The notes beneath the pieces were generated by a model. That model was not told the DNA's origin. It saw only the letters and a program-made list of their open reading frames with translations, and searched no databases. From the NCBI RefSeq assembly GCF_009834535.1, contig NC_045697.1, forward strand, positions 98,086,001 through 98,150,000: a stretch of DNA of 64,000 bases. Direction: 5' to 3'. Below are positions 12,301 to 25,954 of this stretch, piece by piece; positions within the stretch are counted from its first letter, which is position 1, and the number at the start of each line of letters is the position of its first letter. This DNA is from Camelus ferus. Taxonomy: Eukaryota. A program made the translations under genes and the position numbers.

Positions 12301-12649
12301 TACTGAATACCAAGCATCTCTTATTCAACATTGAAAAATTCCAGAAATATTCTCTAAAATTCAGAATCTAAAGGACTCTCAGAGTGTAAAGGACTTACCC
12401 AGAACAGTGTCAAGATCCTACAACTGAATGAAGAGAGAAATTCAGGTTCTGTTTTGCCTAGGAAGGGACAGGGAAATAATTTCAAGTAAGTTCCTATTGC
12501 ATGTAAGACATTTTATATATAGCTCATTTATTTCTCAGTGCAGTGAAAGTGTTATTATCTCTATTTTGCAGGGGAAAAAAATGAGACTAAGGTAATACTA
12601 ATAACATCCACAATGGTTGGTTTTATTACTATTATAGTTAATATTTGAG

Positions 12650-12840
12650 GAAACAATTTGTCACTGTACTAAGTGATGTACATGTATAGCCCCATATAAG
12701 CCTCTCCAGAAAAGTCAGATATTTGTATCTTCCTTTTATAGGTGAAGAAATTGCGGCTTGCAGCGTTAGAATTTGCCCAAGATCATACAGCAAAACAATC
12801 AGGCCAAGATTAAAACCCCAGTACCTTCCACTAGGCCACA
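12650..12840 (-). mobile_element. MIR SINE fragment
   Basis: MIR core-like TTTTATAGGTGAAGAAATTGCGGCTT...TTGCCCAAGATCATACAGC. Confidence 0.7.
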
Positions 12841-13559
12841 ATCACCTAGTGAAGCAGACATGGTACACTTTACTTGCTACAAACCTTTGCATTTGGTAAG
12901 TTACTAGCTGTGTGAAATATAGTAGGACTCTAAATTACTGCTAACTATTGCAATAATTAAAAGCTTCCAGTGGTCACTGGGAAGATAAAGGTAGTATTAA
13001 AGCACAAACTCTTGTGTCAAGTACTTAAGGTCTAGTCAGTGGTGTACTAGGAGGGAGTTTTGCAGTTGTTATGGCAATTTGGAGAGGTCTACCTACACTG
13101 GAATAACAAGTACAAAGTTTTGTGCATACAACTTCCCAGAACTTCTTACCAAGAAATCTCATAATGATCGAAAAATTACTTTAAGCACCAATAAATACAT
13201 TCCTGTGTTCATTTCTCTTCATCATTTAACCTGTATTTCATTAAAAGCACAATTAGTGGTTGAAAAAGATTTTTTTCAGGATGGAGCCTCTTGAAGATTT
13301 TGTCAGCCAAGTTCACATTTCTTTTTTGATTATTAACCCTAGAAAAATTATAAACTATCTTAAAATCTATAAATTGATAAACCAAAAATCCTGTGAAGAG
13401 ATTTGGAGATATTCTCATATTGTCCAAAGGCACACCCTATAGGATTTCACAGTGATTTTGCCAAATCTGTTTTCGAAGGCAGGTTTTGAAGCTTCTGGAG
13501 TTTAACTTACTAACTGTGTAAGGGGTCAGAGGCCCTTAGAGCTCAGCCTATCGGTGTGC

Positions 13560-13880
13560 ACCTCTACTTCCCAGCATCCTTCACAGCTAGGTTGGCCATG
13601 TGACTGACATCACACAAGGCAATGTGGGCAGAAATGATGTAAGGGCAGGTTCCTGAAATATTCTCAATAATTTTTCAAGCCTGCTCTCTCTCTGTGCATC
13701 TGGCAGTGAAAGTTTCAAGACATGGTGAAGTCACACAATGGAAGGATTCTGACCCCTCAGTGGCCACCTGAAGCAAACCTACCCAACTAGGAAACTCTGC
13801 CTCAGTATTTGTGGATGAGAATTAACGTTTGTTGGGTGAATTCACAGAAAACTGTTTTAATAACAGCCAGCCTTATTTAT
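13560..13880 (+). mobile_element. Old MaLR LTR (MLT1 group)
   Basis: TTCCCAGCATCCTTCACAGCTAGGTTGGCCATGTGACT start and TAACAGCCAGCC end. Confidence 0.55.
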
Positions 13881-14858
13881 AGTGACCTTTAATCTGAAAA
13901 ATTAGGATTTTACTACCTACTTCATAAAATTCCTGTGAGGATGGAATGAAAAAATGAACTTAGGTGGCATAGCAACTATCCCTCCTTCTTTATATGAATT
14001 TGAATCTATAACCTGTAACTTTTTTTTTTCAGTTTGTTGGCTAAGAAAAAAAAAACTAGGAAGTAAAAATATGTGTTCTATGACATATGCTTATACAAAT
14101 AAGTACACATAAATTTATATATAAAAATATAAACACATCTCACCAAGTCCATACATTCCTCCACTGTTAAAGTGTGAAAAGGAGACATCTTAACAATGGC
14201 TATTTGGTGATTACCAGATATAGAAAAAGGCAGGAATAAAACATGAATTTTAGAACAATCTTTTGGTGCTAATGCTAGGCTCCCACCAGCATTTTCTCCT
14301 CCTTGAGTAATAGAACTAAAGACTCTGATTCATATAGAAACACAAAATTCATGTGACTATGTGATCATGAACCAATTCTATACATGATTCATGTAAAATT
14401 GCAGTGAACTTAAAGTAGCTCTTAATATTAAAAACCCAGAGCTAGAGTTCAGATCTGTGCCCCAAAAAGACCTAAGGTAGAAAGCTGTTGTGACTGACTC
14501 CTGGGACTTTTAGAAGCCTCTCCAATTCTCAACTGAATTAGGCAGGCAAAGAGCTCTTTCTAACAGTGTTTCTGAAACAGGCAGTAGGGAATGGGGGATC
14601 AGAATTTTAAAGAGATACTAATACCATCTTACTAAAAGTTAGAAGAGCAACTAGAATAAACAGCATGATTAAAATCAGTTATATCTATAAAAAGAGAATA
14701 ACTGTTCAAGTCTAGTGCATTAAATACTTAAGCTATATAGTTATTGGGTCAGATTGGTTCAAGAGAGAGATCTAAAGTCAGAGTCAAGATCTTTCCTAGC
14801 ATTTAACCTCTTCCTTCTGAATCAGAAATCCCAGGAACGTTAGAATTTAAATTCCAGC

Positions 14859-14955
14859 CACCCTACATTATTTACAATAGCAAAGACATGGGAACAAATT
14901 GTGTCCATCAACAGATGAATAGATAAAGAAATCGTGGCATACATATACACACATA

Positions 14956-15013
<58 letters not shown>

Positions 15014-15545
15014 TATTATTCAGCTGTGAAAAAGAAGAAAGTCCTGCCATGTATGACAGTAAGGATGAACTATGAAGCCATTATTCTGAGTTGTGTGAGT
15101 CAGACAGAGAAGGATAAACACTGTATGATCTCACTTCTGTGTGGAATCTGAAAAAACAAATTTCTAGATACAGAACAGGTTGGTGGTTGCCAGAGGCAAG
15201 GGGTGGGGTGTGGAAGTATGGGTGAAGGTGGTCAAAGTGTACAAACTATAAGTTATAATTTATGTTATATGATGAATAAGTTCTAAGGATTTCAGATACA
15301 GCATGATGACTACAGTTAACAATACTGTATTATATATTTAAAAGATGCTAAGAGAATAGATCTTTAAAGTTCTAACCACACAAAAAAATTTTAACTATGT
15401 GAGGTGATGGATATGTTAACCTTACTGTAGTAAGCATTTTGCAATATATACATATATAAAATCACTGCACTGTACACCTTAAACATGTTATATGTTAATT
15501 ATACTTAAGCCATAATTAATTAACTAATTAATTAACTAATTAATT
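14859..15545 (+). mobile_element. 5'-truncated L1 3' end (L1MA-like) with internal (CA)n(GA)n and (TAAT)n tail
   Basis: ORF2 end and 3'UTR similarity. Probable TSD AATTCCAGC at 14850-14858 and 15546-15554. Confidence 0.85.
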
Positions 15546-16176
15546 AATTCCAGCTGTCACCTCAGATCTATATGTCTTTCTGAAATCTTGTCCGGATCCA
15601 GCTTCTTGATCAACACTTTGTCATTTTCTGCTTTATTATTCCCCAAGTTTCACTGCTTTACTTGTTAGCCTGGCCCCTCTGGGTTTTCAAATCTAATTTA
15701 TGAGGGTGGATACAAGCTGAAAATATATCTGTGACTCTGGACTCTTGCTACACTGCTCCCTGAAAACTTTTTCCTTCCTGTACTATAATTTGTCCCATCC
15801 GGTACTACATGGAAATTAAAAAAGGAGTCAGGTATTCCAGGCCAACACCAGATCACGGCAGAGGATGATGCAAAGCAGAAGACAAACATTACAGAAAATC
15901 AGCAGCAGCTCTCATCATGGTAACAAGAGTCTAGCATAGAGATCCCAGAGTGCCATCCTTCAAGAGAAACAAGATCAGAAAGCCTGATATGGGGAATAGT
16001 CAAGCCCTTCCAAGCTAGAGCACAGAGCTTTGAGGCCAAGCAACACATTCCACCAAATAGGAACTTCTTCAACTGCCAAATTCTTAAAATCTTCTATCCT
16101 AATAATACATATTTTAATAATAATAGTACTAATACCTTCAAAACTTATTTGAATGTATTATTGCACATCTTTCTAC

Positions 16177-16580
16177 GTATATTTGTTTGCTAGGACTGCC
16201 ATAACAAGATATTGCAAACTGGGTGGCTTAAACAACACAAATTTATTTTCACACAGTTCTGGAGGGCTGAAGGCTGAGATGTCAGCAGGCTTGCTTCTTC
16301 TGAGGCCTCTCTCCTTTGCTCACAGATGGCCACCTTCTCACTGTGCACTCACATGGCCTTTTCTCTGTGTGTATGTGCATCCCTAGTGTCTCTTGGTGTG
16401 TCCAAATTCTTTTTTCTTATAAGAACAACATCATATTGGATTAGGGCCCACCTTCATAGCCTCATTTTAACTTAATTATCTCTTTAAGAGTCCTATCTCC
16501 AAATATAGCCACATTCTGAGGTTCTGGAGGCGTTAGGGCTTCAACACAGAAACTTTGGGGAAACAGTTCACCCCATAACA
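16177..16580 (-). mobile_element. MaLR LTR (MLT1A/C-like)
   Basis: GCTGCCATAACAA...GGCTTAAACAACACAAATTTATT...CCCATAACA. Confidence 0.85.
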
Positions 16581-16699
16581 CTAGGTCATGCATTAAATTA
16601 CACGAGGAAGTAATTATAGACTTTAGGAGTAATTGTATTAAGAATAGATTTGTGAATGGATCCAGTGGTTCTGAATGTAGTGAGGATCACTGCCACTAA

Positions 16700-17010
16700 G
16701 TCATTCAAAAGTATGTTCGAGTATCTTCTTCATGCCAGGTACTGTGGTAGGTGAATACATATACATATCAGCAACAGTCTCTGTTTTTTTGAAAATTTAG
16801 AACCCAAAGAAAAGACATGAACACTAACAATTTAAATCTGATAATACATAAGTGCTAGAGTAGAAGTATAGATGGGGCATCATCAGATCAAAGGGAAGCC
16901 TCTCATCCTTCCTGGAAATAAGGAAAATTTCACAGTAGAAAGGACACTTCAGTAGAATAGGAAATCAAGGAAGAAGATGGACAAAGAAAGAAGAAAAAAA
17001 GGAGATGATG
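16700..17010 (-). mobile_element. L2 fragment
   Basis: TCATTCAAAA...ATGCCAGGTACTGTGGTAGGT, typical of the L2 3' end. Confidence 0.5.
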
Positions 17011-17147
17011 CAATCTGGGTAGAATACAAAGAGTAGCAAATTTTTCTGTGTGCCTGTTAGGGTGTGAGCTAGAGAATGATGGCTATTTTGTCAGAAGAAG
17101 GAAAAATCTGGTATGTTCTCTAATGCATGTGCACATAATCTAAAGTA

Positions 17148-17352
17148 ATGCTACCCAATAGAACTTTATGTATTGAGGCAGATGTTCTATATCTGTGCTA
17201 TGCAATGAGACACTAGAATTTGTGGTTACTGAGTACATTAAGTACGGCCAGTGCCACTGCAGAACTCAAATTTTAATTTATTTTAATTGTTTTACATTTA
17301 AATTGAAATAGCCACCCATGGCTAGTGGCTACTGTACTGGACAGCACAGATC
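17148..17352. mobile_element. MER3 (hAT-Charlie) MITE
   Basis: CCAATAGAACTTT...TGTTCTATATCTGTGCT...ATGGCTAGTGGCTACTGTACTGGACAGCAC. Confidence 0.8.
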
Positions 17353-17535
17353 TAGAGGAAAGAGTTTTTCTTCCTTCTTTTGCCTTTACAGTGTCCACAT
17401 GCATAGCACACTCCTATCAATAACACTTCTTATTATATGTGAAAGGTGGAGCAGAATGTTTAAACAGAAGCTTGGCTGAGAACCTAAGGCCCCATGTATT
17501 AGAAAGAAAAATTAATTATGTGCTAGATCTCAAAG

Positions 17536-17937
17536 TGTATTAGTCAGGGTTCTCCAAAAAACAGAGCCAACAGGAGGTACATATGAGTCAGCAAGCTGGA
17601 GACCCAGGAGACTTGTCCGTGTAGTTCCAGTTGAAGTCCAAAGGCCTGAGAACCAGGAGAGTCAATGGTGTAGTTCAAGTCCAAAAATAGGACAAAGCCA
17701 AAGTCCCAGTTCAAAGGAGAGGAATTCTCTCTTACTCAGGGTAGAATTAGCCTTTTGGTTCTATTCAGGCCTTCAATTGATTGATTGAGGCTCACCCACA
17801 TTACGAAGAGCAATCCGCTTGACTTAGTCTGCTGATTTAAGTATTAATCTCATTCAAAAACAGGCTCACAAAAACACCCAGAATTATGTGTGGTCAGATA
17901 GCAGGACACCTAGTGGTCCAGTCAAGTTGATACACAC
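17536..17937 (-). mobile_element. ERVL LTR (MLT2)
   Basis: TGTATTAGTCAGGGTTCTCC...CCAGTCAAGTTGATACACA. Confidence 0.85.
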
Positions 17938-17939
17938 AG

Positions 17940-18195
17940 CGGTCATTGCTGACTCTGAAGATAAAAGGGGGCCCGGAACCAAGAAATGTCTTCAGCCTTA
18001 AAAGTTGGAAAAGGCAGGAAAACACATTCCCCCAGAACCTCCAGAAAGGAATGTAGCATTACTGATAGATTGATTTTACCCCAGTGAGATTCATTTTCAC
18101 CTTCTGACCTCCAGAACTGAGATGATAAATTTCTGTTGTTTTAAGCCACTGAATTTGTAGTCATTTGTTACCGCAGCAGTAAGAAACCAAAACAT
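17940..18195 (+). mobile_element. MaLR LTR 3' half (MLT1B/D-like)
   Basis: GGAAAAGGCAGGAAAAC...TGACCTCCAGAACTG...GTTTTAAGCCACT. Confidence 0.8.
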
Positions 18196-19083
18196 TTACC
18201 ACGTGTCCTTCCTTAGCAAATCACTGGTCTCAGAGCTATGCTCTTAATTTGTTTACCTCTAGGTAATGCTTTAGACTTTTCTTGACTCTTTGCAATTTAT
18301 AAGCTAGTTACTAGGTGACTAAATCTGCGTGTGACTACCTCTGCAGTAAGTTAAACTACTAGGTGTATTCCCTGTGAATGATTAGCCCATTGAATTTTCT
18401 CAATACAAACATAAAAGAAAACTTCGTAATGCAATCTTTTTTCCCCCAACCCTGCTTATCTAATCACCATTCAACCAAAACATTTCTCAAGTAATAAATA
18501 ATTTAGTTATAAAACTTAGGCAGCTTTCTGTCACAAGGTATAATATTTATTTTGCTGTTGAATTAATTAATGTTTGGGAAATGCCATGTAAATGTTAGCT
18601 CTTATCCTTCCCTTATTTATAGTAAGTACATAACCTTAAATTTAATTCCATGTGATAGAAAATGCTGTGAAATATATGTGGCAATGATGGATGAACATTA
18701 TTTGCCCTGATGGCTTTTTCTATATAACCTATCTATAATATCCAGAACTTGAAATGATGAGGATAATATCCTTCAGGCCTAGCTTGGCCCATTACTCCGG
18801 GAACATAGATGTGAATGATTTTGGCTAGAAGACTGAAAAATGGATATGAAGCCACTACACTTTTCACATAATTTTAAAGCAGAGGAAGGGGAGGGGAGGA
18901 GGCAAGACTGTCAAAAGTGTGTCTTTGTGGCAATGAGAATTATTATGTGTATTTATATAAGGTATAAGATGTATTTCCAAATAGAGATAAAGCAAAGACA
19001 ATTTGATTCTATTTTAAGGTCCTAAATAGTCTAACACCAGGTTTATATTGTGAATCACTGCCCCTGAAGATGGGTCCCCTCTG

Positions 19084-19581
19084 TGTTACTGAGTCCAAAC
19101 TCATTCTGCTTGCCACACAAGCCAGTAAGTTGGGAGACAAGGTGTTGGGGCAAGGAATAATGGCTCTATTCAGAAAGCCAGCAGACAGAGAAGATGGCAG
19201 ACTAATGTCCTGGAGAACCATCTCACCCAAGTCAGAATTCAGGCTTCTTTTATACTAAAAAGGGGAGGGGGTATGGTTGGTTGTTGCAAACTTCTTGGTG
19301 TCGGAATCCTTTGTTCTTGCAGCTGTCCACCAAGGTCAGCTCATGATGTTCCTGTAAACCTCTAGCAAGACAAATGTGTCTTTTTTTTTTAAATCTCTAT
19401 ATGAATGGGAAGTATTATACCCTTAAAGGCCAGAGCCTTGAGAATCGGCTATCCTGTATATTTCAGGCTCTAGGCAACATTCTTTTTACAAAAGGTGCAG
19501 AACAAGCATGACTCAGCACAGGAAACAGCCCAAGACTAGAGCTAAAGGAACAGGTCTAATATGGAGTATTCCCTATTATAC
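19084..19581 (-). mobile_element. ERV1-class solo LTR
   Basis: TGTTAC terminus, and homologous along its whole length to 32723-33234. Confidence 0.75.
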
Positions 19582-22520
19582 CTGGAAGCATATATCATAT
19601 TCTCTATGCCACTGCCAAAAGTTCCTATAGGTTAGCAGAAAAGAGCAGTGGGTCCCCTACAGACAAGGGCTATATCATTTTCCTTGAAGGACTAAGAGTG
19701 ATAACACTCCATTCTTCCCCAAAGTGCCAGCTAGGCAAGGGAGCAAAAAATCTGGTCTCTGGGTTATCCTTAGTTACTATATTACCACCTAAAAGGACAA
19801 AGATGTAAAGTGGGTCAAGAAGAAAACATGAATTACAGAAGTAAAGGAAATTGAAACTTGACTCCAGGCTCAAAGCAAGCCAGAGATCCTCTACTATGAA
19901 ATTTCAGAATTTCGCATTCTCCTCTAAGCCCTTAAGCCACAGAGACACAAAAGGCCTCTCTGCGAAGGTAATACTGGAAGCTATAATTTGATTAAAGTTG
20001 AGGTACTATGGTTGTAACTTGCATGCGAAATAACCAATATTTTATACACTCAAAAAGTATTTGTTGTGTTTCCTAAATTTGAGCCATATGCCATAAGTCT
20101 CAAAATTCACGGTAATTGCAGTCTCTGTGGCAAGTCTGTTTATACAGCAAAGCCTACGTTTGAGCATCTCTGGAGAACTAAGGTGTAGTCTGCCACAGCT
20201 GTGTAATTGAGGAAGATCTGATGCATGGAATTAAGTGAGTTATTTTCACCTAGCAGAGTTCAGGGTATTTTTTTGAGAATGAAAGTATAGAGTTCTGGAT
20301 TATAAATGTATTTCTACCACATTAAAGGAACTCATATGCTTACGTTGTGACAGAAGCAGGTCCTAAAGTAGTCCAAATGTATGGAGTTTCACCTCTACTC
20401 AACATGGTAATTTTTAATCAACTTTTACTATAAGCAAAATACTATAAGCAAAATTCACCTGAGCCTGTATACACAGTGAATCCTGAGTGGGAATGATAAT
20501 TCAAATGTGTGCTTTGCAATAAGTAAATATCCTGAAATACATCAGCTTCCTGTTGACATTATCTACCCCCTCTCAAATACTGAATCCAAAGTTATTTTAT
20601 GGCATGTTCAAAAGAATGTTGTTTTCTGCATATGTATACATGATTGCTCCAGGCATCCAGACAGACTCTGGTGCAACGCTCAGTATCTGGTATCTTCCAG
20701 AGCCTATGTTCCCTGGAAGATTTGTAGCCCCTTTTCCACTTACTGAATTTGAGAGAAGCTAGTTTGTCCCTGGGTTTTCTTGTGGGAATTGACTTCCCAC
20801 CAAGTATCATCAGGAAGGCTTGATTTCTGGATCTTGCCTCATGAGTAAAAGTTGCAGTTCCAAGTAGCCGGTTGTGGCCCCCACCTAAGTATGCTTCTGT
20901 CATAACCTTAGGACAACTTTAGACAGTAGATATGACTCAGCTCCTCCTCTACCCTGAGAGAAGCTAGCTAAAGAAAATGCCACAGGATCATCATCTGTAG
21001 GACTACTAAAGAGCCTCTAGCTTATTGTTGGTCATTTAGAAGAACATATCATTTGTAGGATTTTGAACAGTGAGTACTCTCTGTTCTCTATAAGTGGACA
21101 TTGAACATGTTTGAGGACACTAGCAGGAAATGCAGCTCCTCGCAATGCTCTTGCAGGGTCACTATCTATCCAAAAGGGCAGTCTAAGAACACAGCTTGGA
21201 AGGGACTAACATGAGAGAGGTGAGAGAAGGGGGCTAACAATTCAACCACCCACGTCAGCCAACACAAAAGTCACCAAGATGACAGATGCCACAGAGAGAA
21301 AGATGGCACTATGTTGCCTTTTGTGGGAATATCATTTTAATTTTACTCATTATTATTGTACAATAATACCCCTAACTTTGCACAAGGCATAAGTGTTTTA
21401 ATAACAACATTATTATTAAGAGGCTAGAATTAGTTCATATAAAACTAGCCTGTGAGCTTCTTCGCTGGATATGAACTCTGTTGAAGGAGGAACATATTCA
21501 TCTGTGTATGTACAAACCTGGCGTATCTGGCAGACAGTGGGTGGGTATTAGAGAAGTGTTTACTAATTGGAGTCTTTGTAAATGTTCCTTATGTGACTAG
21601 TATCTGTACTGTTCTCATCATGGCCATTTCCTAGTCCCTGGAAACTTTGAATAATGAGGTATAAAACAAATATTTAATATCATACACAATGCCACAAGAT
21701 TATACCATATCTTGATTTCTTTATACCTTTCATTTTACTTATTAAACAGATGTGACTAAACACAAAGAAAGACATACTGGGATTTTAGACATATTTAAGA
21801 ATGTGAAAATCCTCATTAGCCAGAGATAGTTTACCATGGAAATTGATCAGTTTCATCAAAAGTGAATTTCTGAACAACATAGGGAAAGTACCAGTATTAT
21901 TAACCTGCATAGTTACACTTGTGCTTGGGTCCTCATTTCTTTAGTCCCACTGGGCAGACTCAGAAGCAGAGCAAATGTGGAAAAGATTCAGGAATATAAT
22001 TCTAAGAACATGGTTTTCTTGATTTCCCCCATCCACTTCTTTCATACCTGAAAAGTCTCATGAAGATGCCAGATCGCAACTTTGCCTGCATAAATTACCT
22101 ATCCTTTTCCCAGGTTCTCTGTCTTGGAACCCAGAGAAGCTTATGATTAGGATCTCCTCCTTTGCAGCTCTTCAGAGCCGAGAAAGCACGTGGGAGGAGA
22201 TCAGTGAGGAGAAGAGGGGTCACTGTGCTCCCAGCTTCACCAAGCAGCAAACTGCAACGGCTCAATAGTCCGGAGTGCAATGATCATGATCCAGAGCTTG
22301 AAAATTCCCATTAACAGAACACTTAGGGCATTAGGAGAAAATGTGCTTTTCTTTAGGGATGACTGGCTGCAGGGTTGCTCTGTCAGTCAGGGTCTGAAAA
22401 ATCTCCCACCCTGGGGATGTCACACCCAGGGTAGCTCTTCTCTGCCATGAAGATGGCACCTCATGTACCCTCAGTCAAGGTGAAATCTGGAAAGATGAAA
22501 AACTGGACTATTTTAAAGCT

Positions 22521-22883
22521 TTATTTATTTTTATTGAAGTATAGTTGATTTATAATGTTGTGTTAGTTTCTGGTGTACAGCAAAGTGATTCAGATACACA
22601 CACACACATATATATGTGTGTATATACACACACATACACACCACATCTTCTTTATCCAGTCATCTGTTGATGTACATTTAGGTTGTTTCCATGTCTTGGT
22701 CACTGTAAATAGTGCTGCTATGAACACGGGTGCATGTGTCTTTCTGAATTATAGTTTTCTCCAGATATATGCCCAGAGTGAGATTGCTGGATCATATGGT
22801 AAGTCTATTTAGCTTTTAAGGAACCTCCACACTGCTCTCTATAGTGGCTGCACCAATTTACATTCCCAACAACAGTGTAGGAG
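22521..22883 (-). mobile_element. L1 3' fragment, internally deleted
   Basis: T-tail, TTGAAGTATAGTTGATTTA, then antisense ORF2-end sequence. Confidence 0.85.
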
Positions 22884-22885
22884 AA

Positions 22886-23195
22886 TTACAATGATACAAA
22901 GGATACAAATTCTATTTACAAACCAAAAGCAGACTCATGGACGTAGAAAACTATGGTTACCAAAGGAAAAGAGTGGGGAGGAATAAATTAGGGTTTAGGG
23001 ATTAACAGACACACATTACTATACATAAAATAGAAAAATAACAAGGAACTACTGTATAGCACAGGGAACTATATTCAATTTCTTATAATAACATAATGGG
23101 AAAGAATCTGAAAAGAAAAAAATATGTATGTATAATTGAATCACATTGCTATACACCTGAAGCTAACACTGTAAATCAACTATACTTCAATAATT
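22886..23195 (+). mobile_element. L1 3'UTR fragment
   Basis: GTATAGCACAGGGAACTATATTCAA...AATCAACTATACTTCAATAA. Confidence 0.85.
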
Positions 23196-23673
23196 TTTTT
23201 AAAAACTATATAAACTTGGAAGTCCATAATAACTGTTTAATAAGCATTAGTTCTAATGTTGAAACTGGTATTTAAGCATTATATGAGGAAAAAAATTAGA
23301 AAAATACTATCTAGGTTCTGTGCTCTTGTTGGAACATGAGAAAGTACATTTTAAAGTGGTTTTTAAAAAGAAAAAAAAACAAAGATCAGAGGATATGCAA
23401 GTAGGAGAAAGGTCCCTGAACTTGACAATAAAGTTAAATGTGTTTTTCATGAACATTTAAACACTTTTATATGATTGAATCACCCATCCATTAAATTTTG
23501 AATTTAAAAAAAGCCTTATAGAAGACAGACTGCAATCTAGACAGTTAAAATGGGGACTTAAAAAAAGCCACTATTAATTTGATTTTCATATAATTTCTTT
23601 CTAAGATTAATGTAAATGTCTGTTAAAGTAGACTAGTCTGTCAAAATCAAATTTTACATTAAAAAGTTAACTT

Positions 23674-24009
23674 TTTTTAAAAAAAAGACAAACAAACTTA
23701 TTTACAAAACAGAAACAGACTCACAGACAGAAAACAAACTTATGGTTACCAGTAGGGGAAGCGAGTGGGAAGGGATAAATTGGGAGTTCAAAATTTGCAG
23801 GTACTAACAAACATATATAAAATAGATAAACAACAAGTTTATACAGTATAGCACAGAGAACTATATTCAATATCTTATGGTAACTTATGGTGAAAAAGAA
23901 TATGAAAATGAATGTATGTATATTCCTATATGACTGAAGTGTTGTGCTATATATCGGAAATTGACACAACATTGTAAACTGACTATACTTCAATGAAAAT
24001 ATATATTAA
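23674..24009 (+). mobile_element. 5'-truncated L1 (3'UTR only)
   Basis: TSD AAAAAGTTAACTT at 23661-23673 and 24010-24022. Highly similar to 46390-46710. Confidence 0.92.
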
Positions 24010-24429
24010 AAAAAGTTAACTTAGATTAGGTATTCCTAACAAATCAAGCAAGTTGTCCATATAAAAGATACCATGGCTTTCATATACAAGCCCATCTAAG
24101 TAGCTATTCCAAAAGAAAAAGAAGAGAAATGCTTTCTGTTTAAATGTATCCCAAGATAACAATAATGTTATTAGTTTCATTTGGGATGTATACATTCATT
24201 ACATGAATGATGCAAATAGGTCAATTTCCTCACTGCTGTATTAGGATTTGTACAAACCAAGAGTATTTGGGAATTTGAGTCACTTCAAATCACTGATCAC
24301 CAACCCTAATTTTCAGGTTTTAAAACTGAGGCCCACAGAAGAGAAAAAAACTTGCCTAAAATAATAAATAAAATCACTCCCACGCATGTCTGTCTCGCTT
24401 TCAGTCGACAGTCCAATACTGCATTGGCA

Positions 24430-24862
24430 GTGCATTAGTTTCCCACGGCTGCCATAACAAATTATCACAAACTGGCTGGCTTAAAACAACAGAAATGTCT
24501 TTTCTTATGGTTCTGGAGCCAAAAGTCCAAAATTAAGGGGTAGGCAGGGCTGCACTCCTTCTGGAGGCTCTAGAAGAACAGGGATTTCTTGCATCTTACT
24601 GCTTCTGATCGCTGTCAGCATCCTTTGGTTTGTGGCCTCCTCTGTCTCTGTTCCCTTTCCATGTCACCTTCTCTGTGTGGGTCGAACTCCAAACTGCCTC
24701 ATTTAGAGCCCATCCAGATAATCCTGAATAAAGCCTCCTCTCAGAATACTTAACCACATCTTTTCTCTTATAAGGTAATATTCACAGGCTCTAAACACTA
24801 GGTTGTAAACAGATCTTTTGTGGGGGAAGGTGAGGAGCAGGGCACTGTTTAGTCCACTACAA
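24430..24862 (-). mobile_element. MaLR LTR (MLT1C/D-like)
   Basis: CATTAGTTTCCCACGGCTGCCATAACAAATT...TAGTCCACTACA. Confidence 0.85.
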
Positions 24863-25119
24863 TTGGGAAATGTTAATGAGCCCATAGATATCTCTAAAAC
24901 AGAAATCTCTGAGGGGTTTCAGATGGTAAAACCTTAAGAAATTATTGTCCTTTCCCATTTGCCCTGCAACTCACACTTCTCTTAATGAATTGGAATGTCA
25001 TGACAGAACTGCAGAATTCTATCATTAGCAAACCATTTTTATCTGTATCTCCAGGTCCTAGTTAACCTTGACATGTGGATTCTAGTTAAACATGACAGAG
25101 TGGATACAATCAATAATCT

Positions 25120-25400
25120 CCATTCATTCTTGAAACTACACTAAGAAGCCTGTTAAGGAATAGAACAGGTAAAGACACAAAGGTGGAAGATTACAGAAGA
25201 TACAAAAGCAGAAGACATATCAACCAAATTTTGGAAGATGGAAAGCAGATGCACAAGTGGGAACTGACTTAACAGAGCATAGAAAGACAACCTAAGTTCG
25301 CAAAGGGAGAAGTCAGTAAGTCACATATGGATTCATACCTAGAAACTCTAGAAAAGCTAAGGAACCAGAGGCACTAGTTACCCTCAAAGGCCAAGTGAGA
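25120..25400 (+). mobile_element. Ancient L1/HAL1-like 5' fragment
   Basis: AATTTTGGAAGATGGAAAGCAGATG motif. Probably continues at 29570-30300. Confidence 0.45.
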
Positions 25401-25414
25401 GGTAAAGATTCAAT

Positions 25415-25690
25415 CATGCCTTATCTGCAATACTTAAATCCAAAATTTCTGAAAACTAAATTTTTAAAAATATTCACTTGGCAGCAAACCTTGACATTAT
25501 CTGAACTAATGTGCTATCAAAGTAACTGAAAATATGTAAAGCCAATTATAGTCTTTATTTACCCCTCTTAGTGTGAATATTCATGTTTCATTGCAGAAAA
25601 TTCAATGTATTTGATTGAGGAGCCTGTCTTAGGTCCCACTAGGTAATATATAGCTTATGCACTATACAATTTTTTGAAATCTTTAAAACA
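25415..25690. mobile_element. MER46C-like (TcMar-Tigger) DNA transposon
   Basis: TATAGTCTTTATTTACCCCTCTTAGTGTGAATATTCAT...GCAGAAAA. Confidence 0.7.
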
Positions 25691-25954
25691 TGGATGGGAT
25701 TGCCTCAGGGCCAGAGGGAGAAAAGTAAGAGAGAGAGTGGGTTAGGGCTTCTCACTCTTTCTGAGACTTGTAAGTTCCCTTCTGGGCCTCAAGCCAGGCT
25801 TCTCCTGGAGCTTTCTCTGTCTGCACCATGGTGCTTACTTGCAGGGTTCTGGCTATGTTAGATATAAACCAGGGGATACCAGAGAGAAAAAGGGAAAACT
25901 CAGTGCTGGTGTGGAGAAAAATCACAGTGAATTTAGAAGTCACTGGGGTGATAG

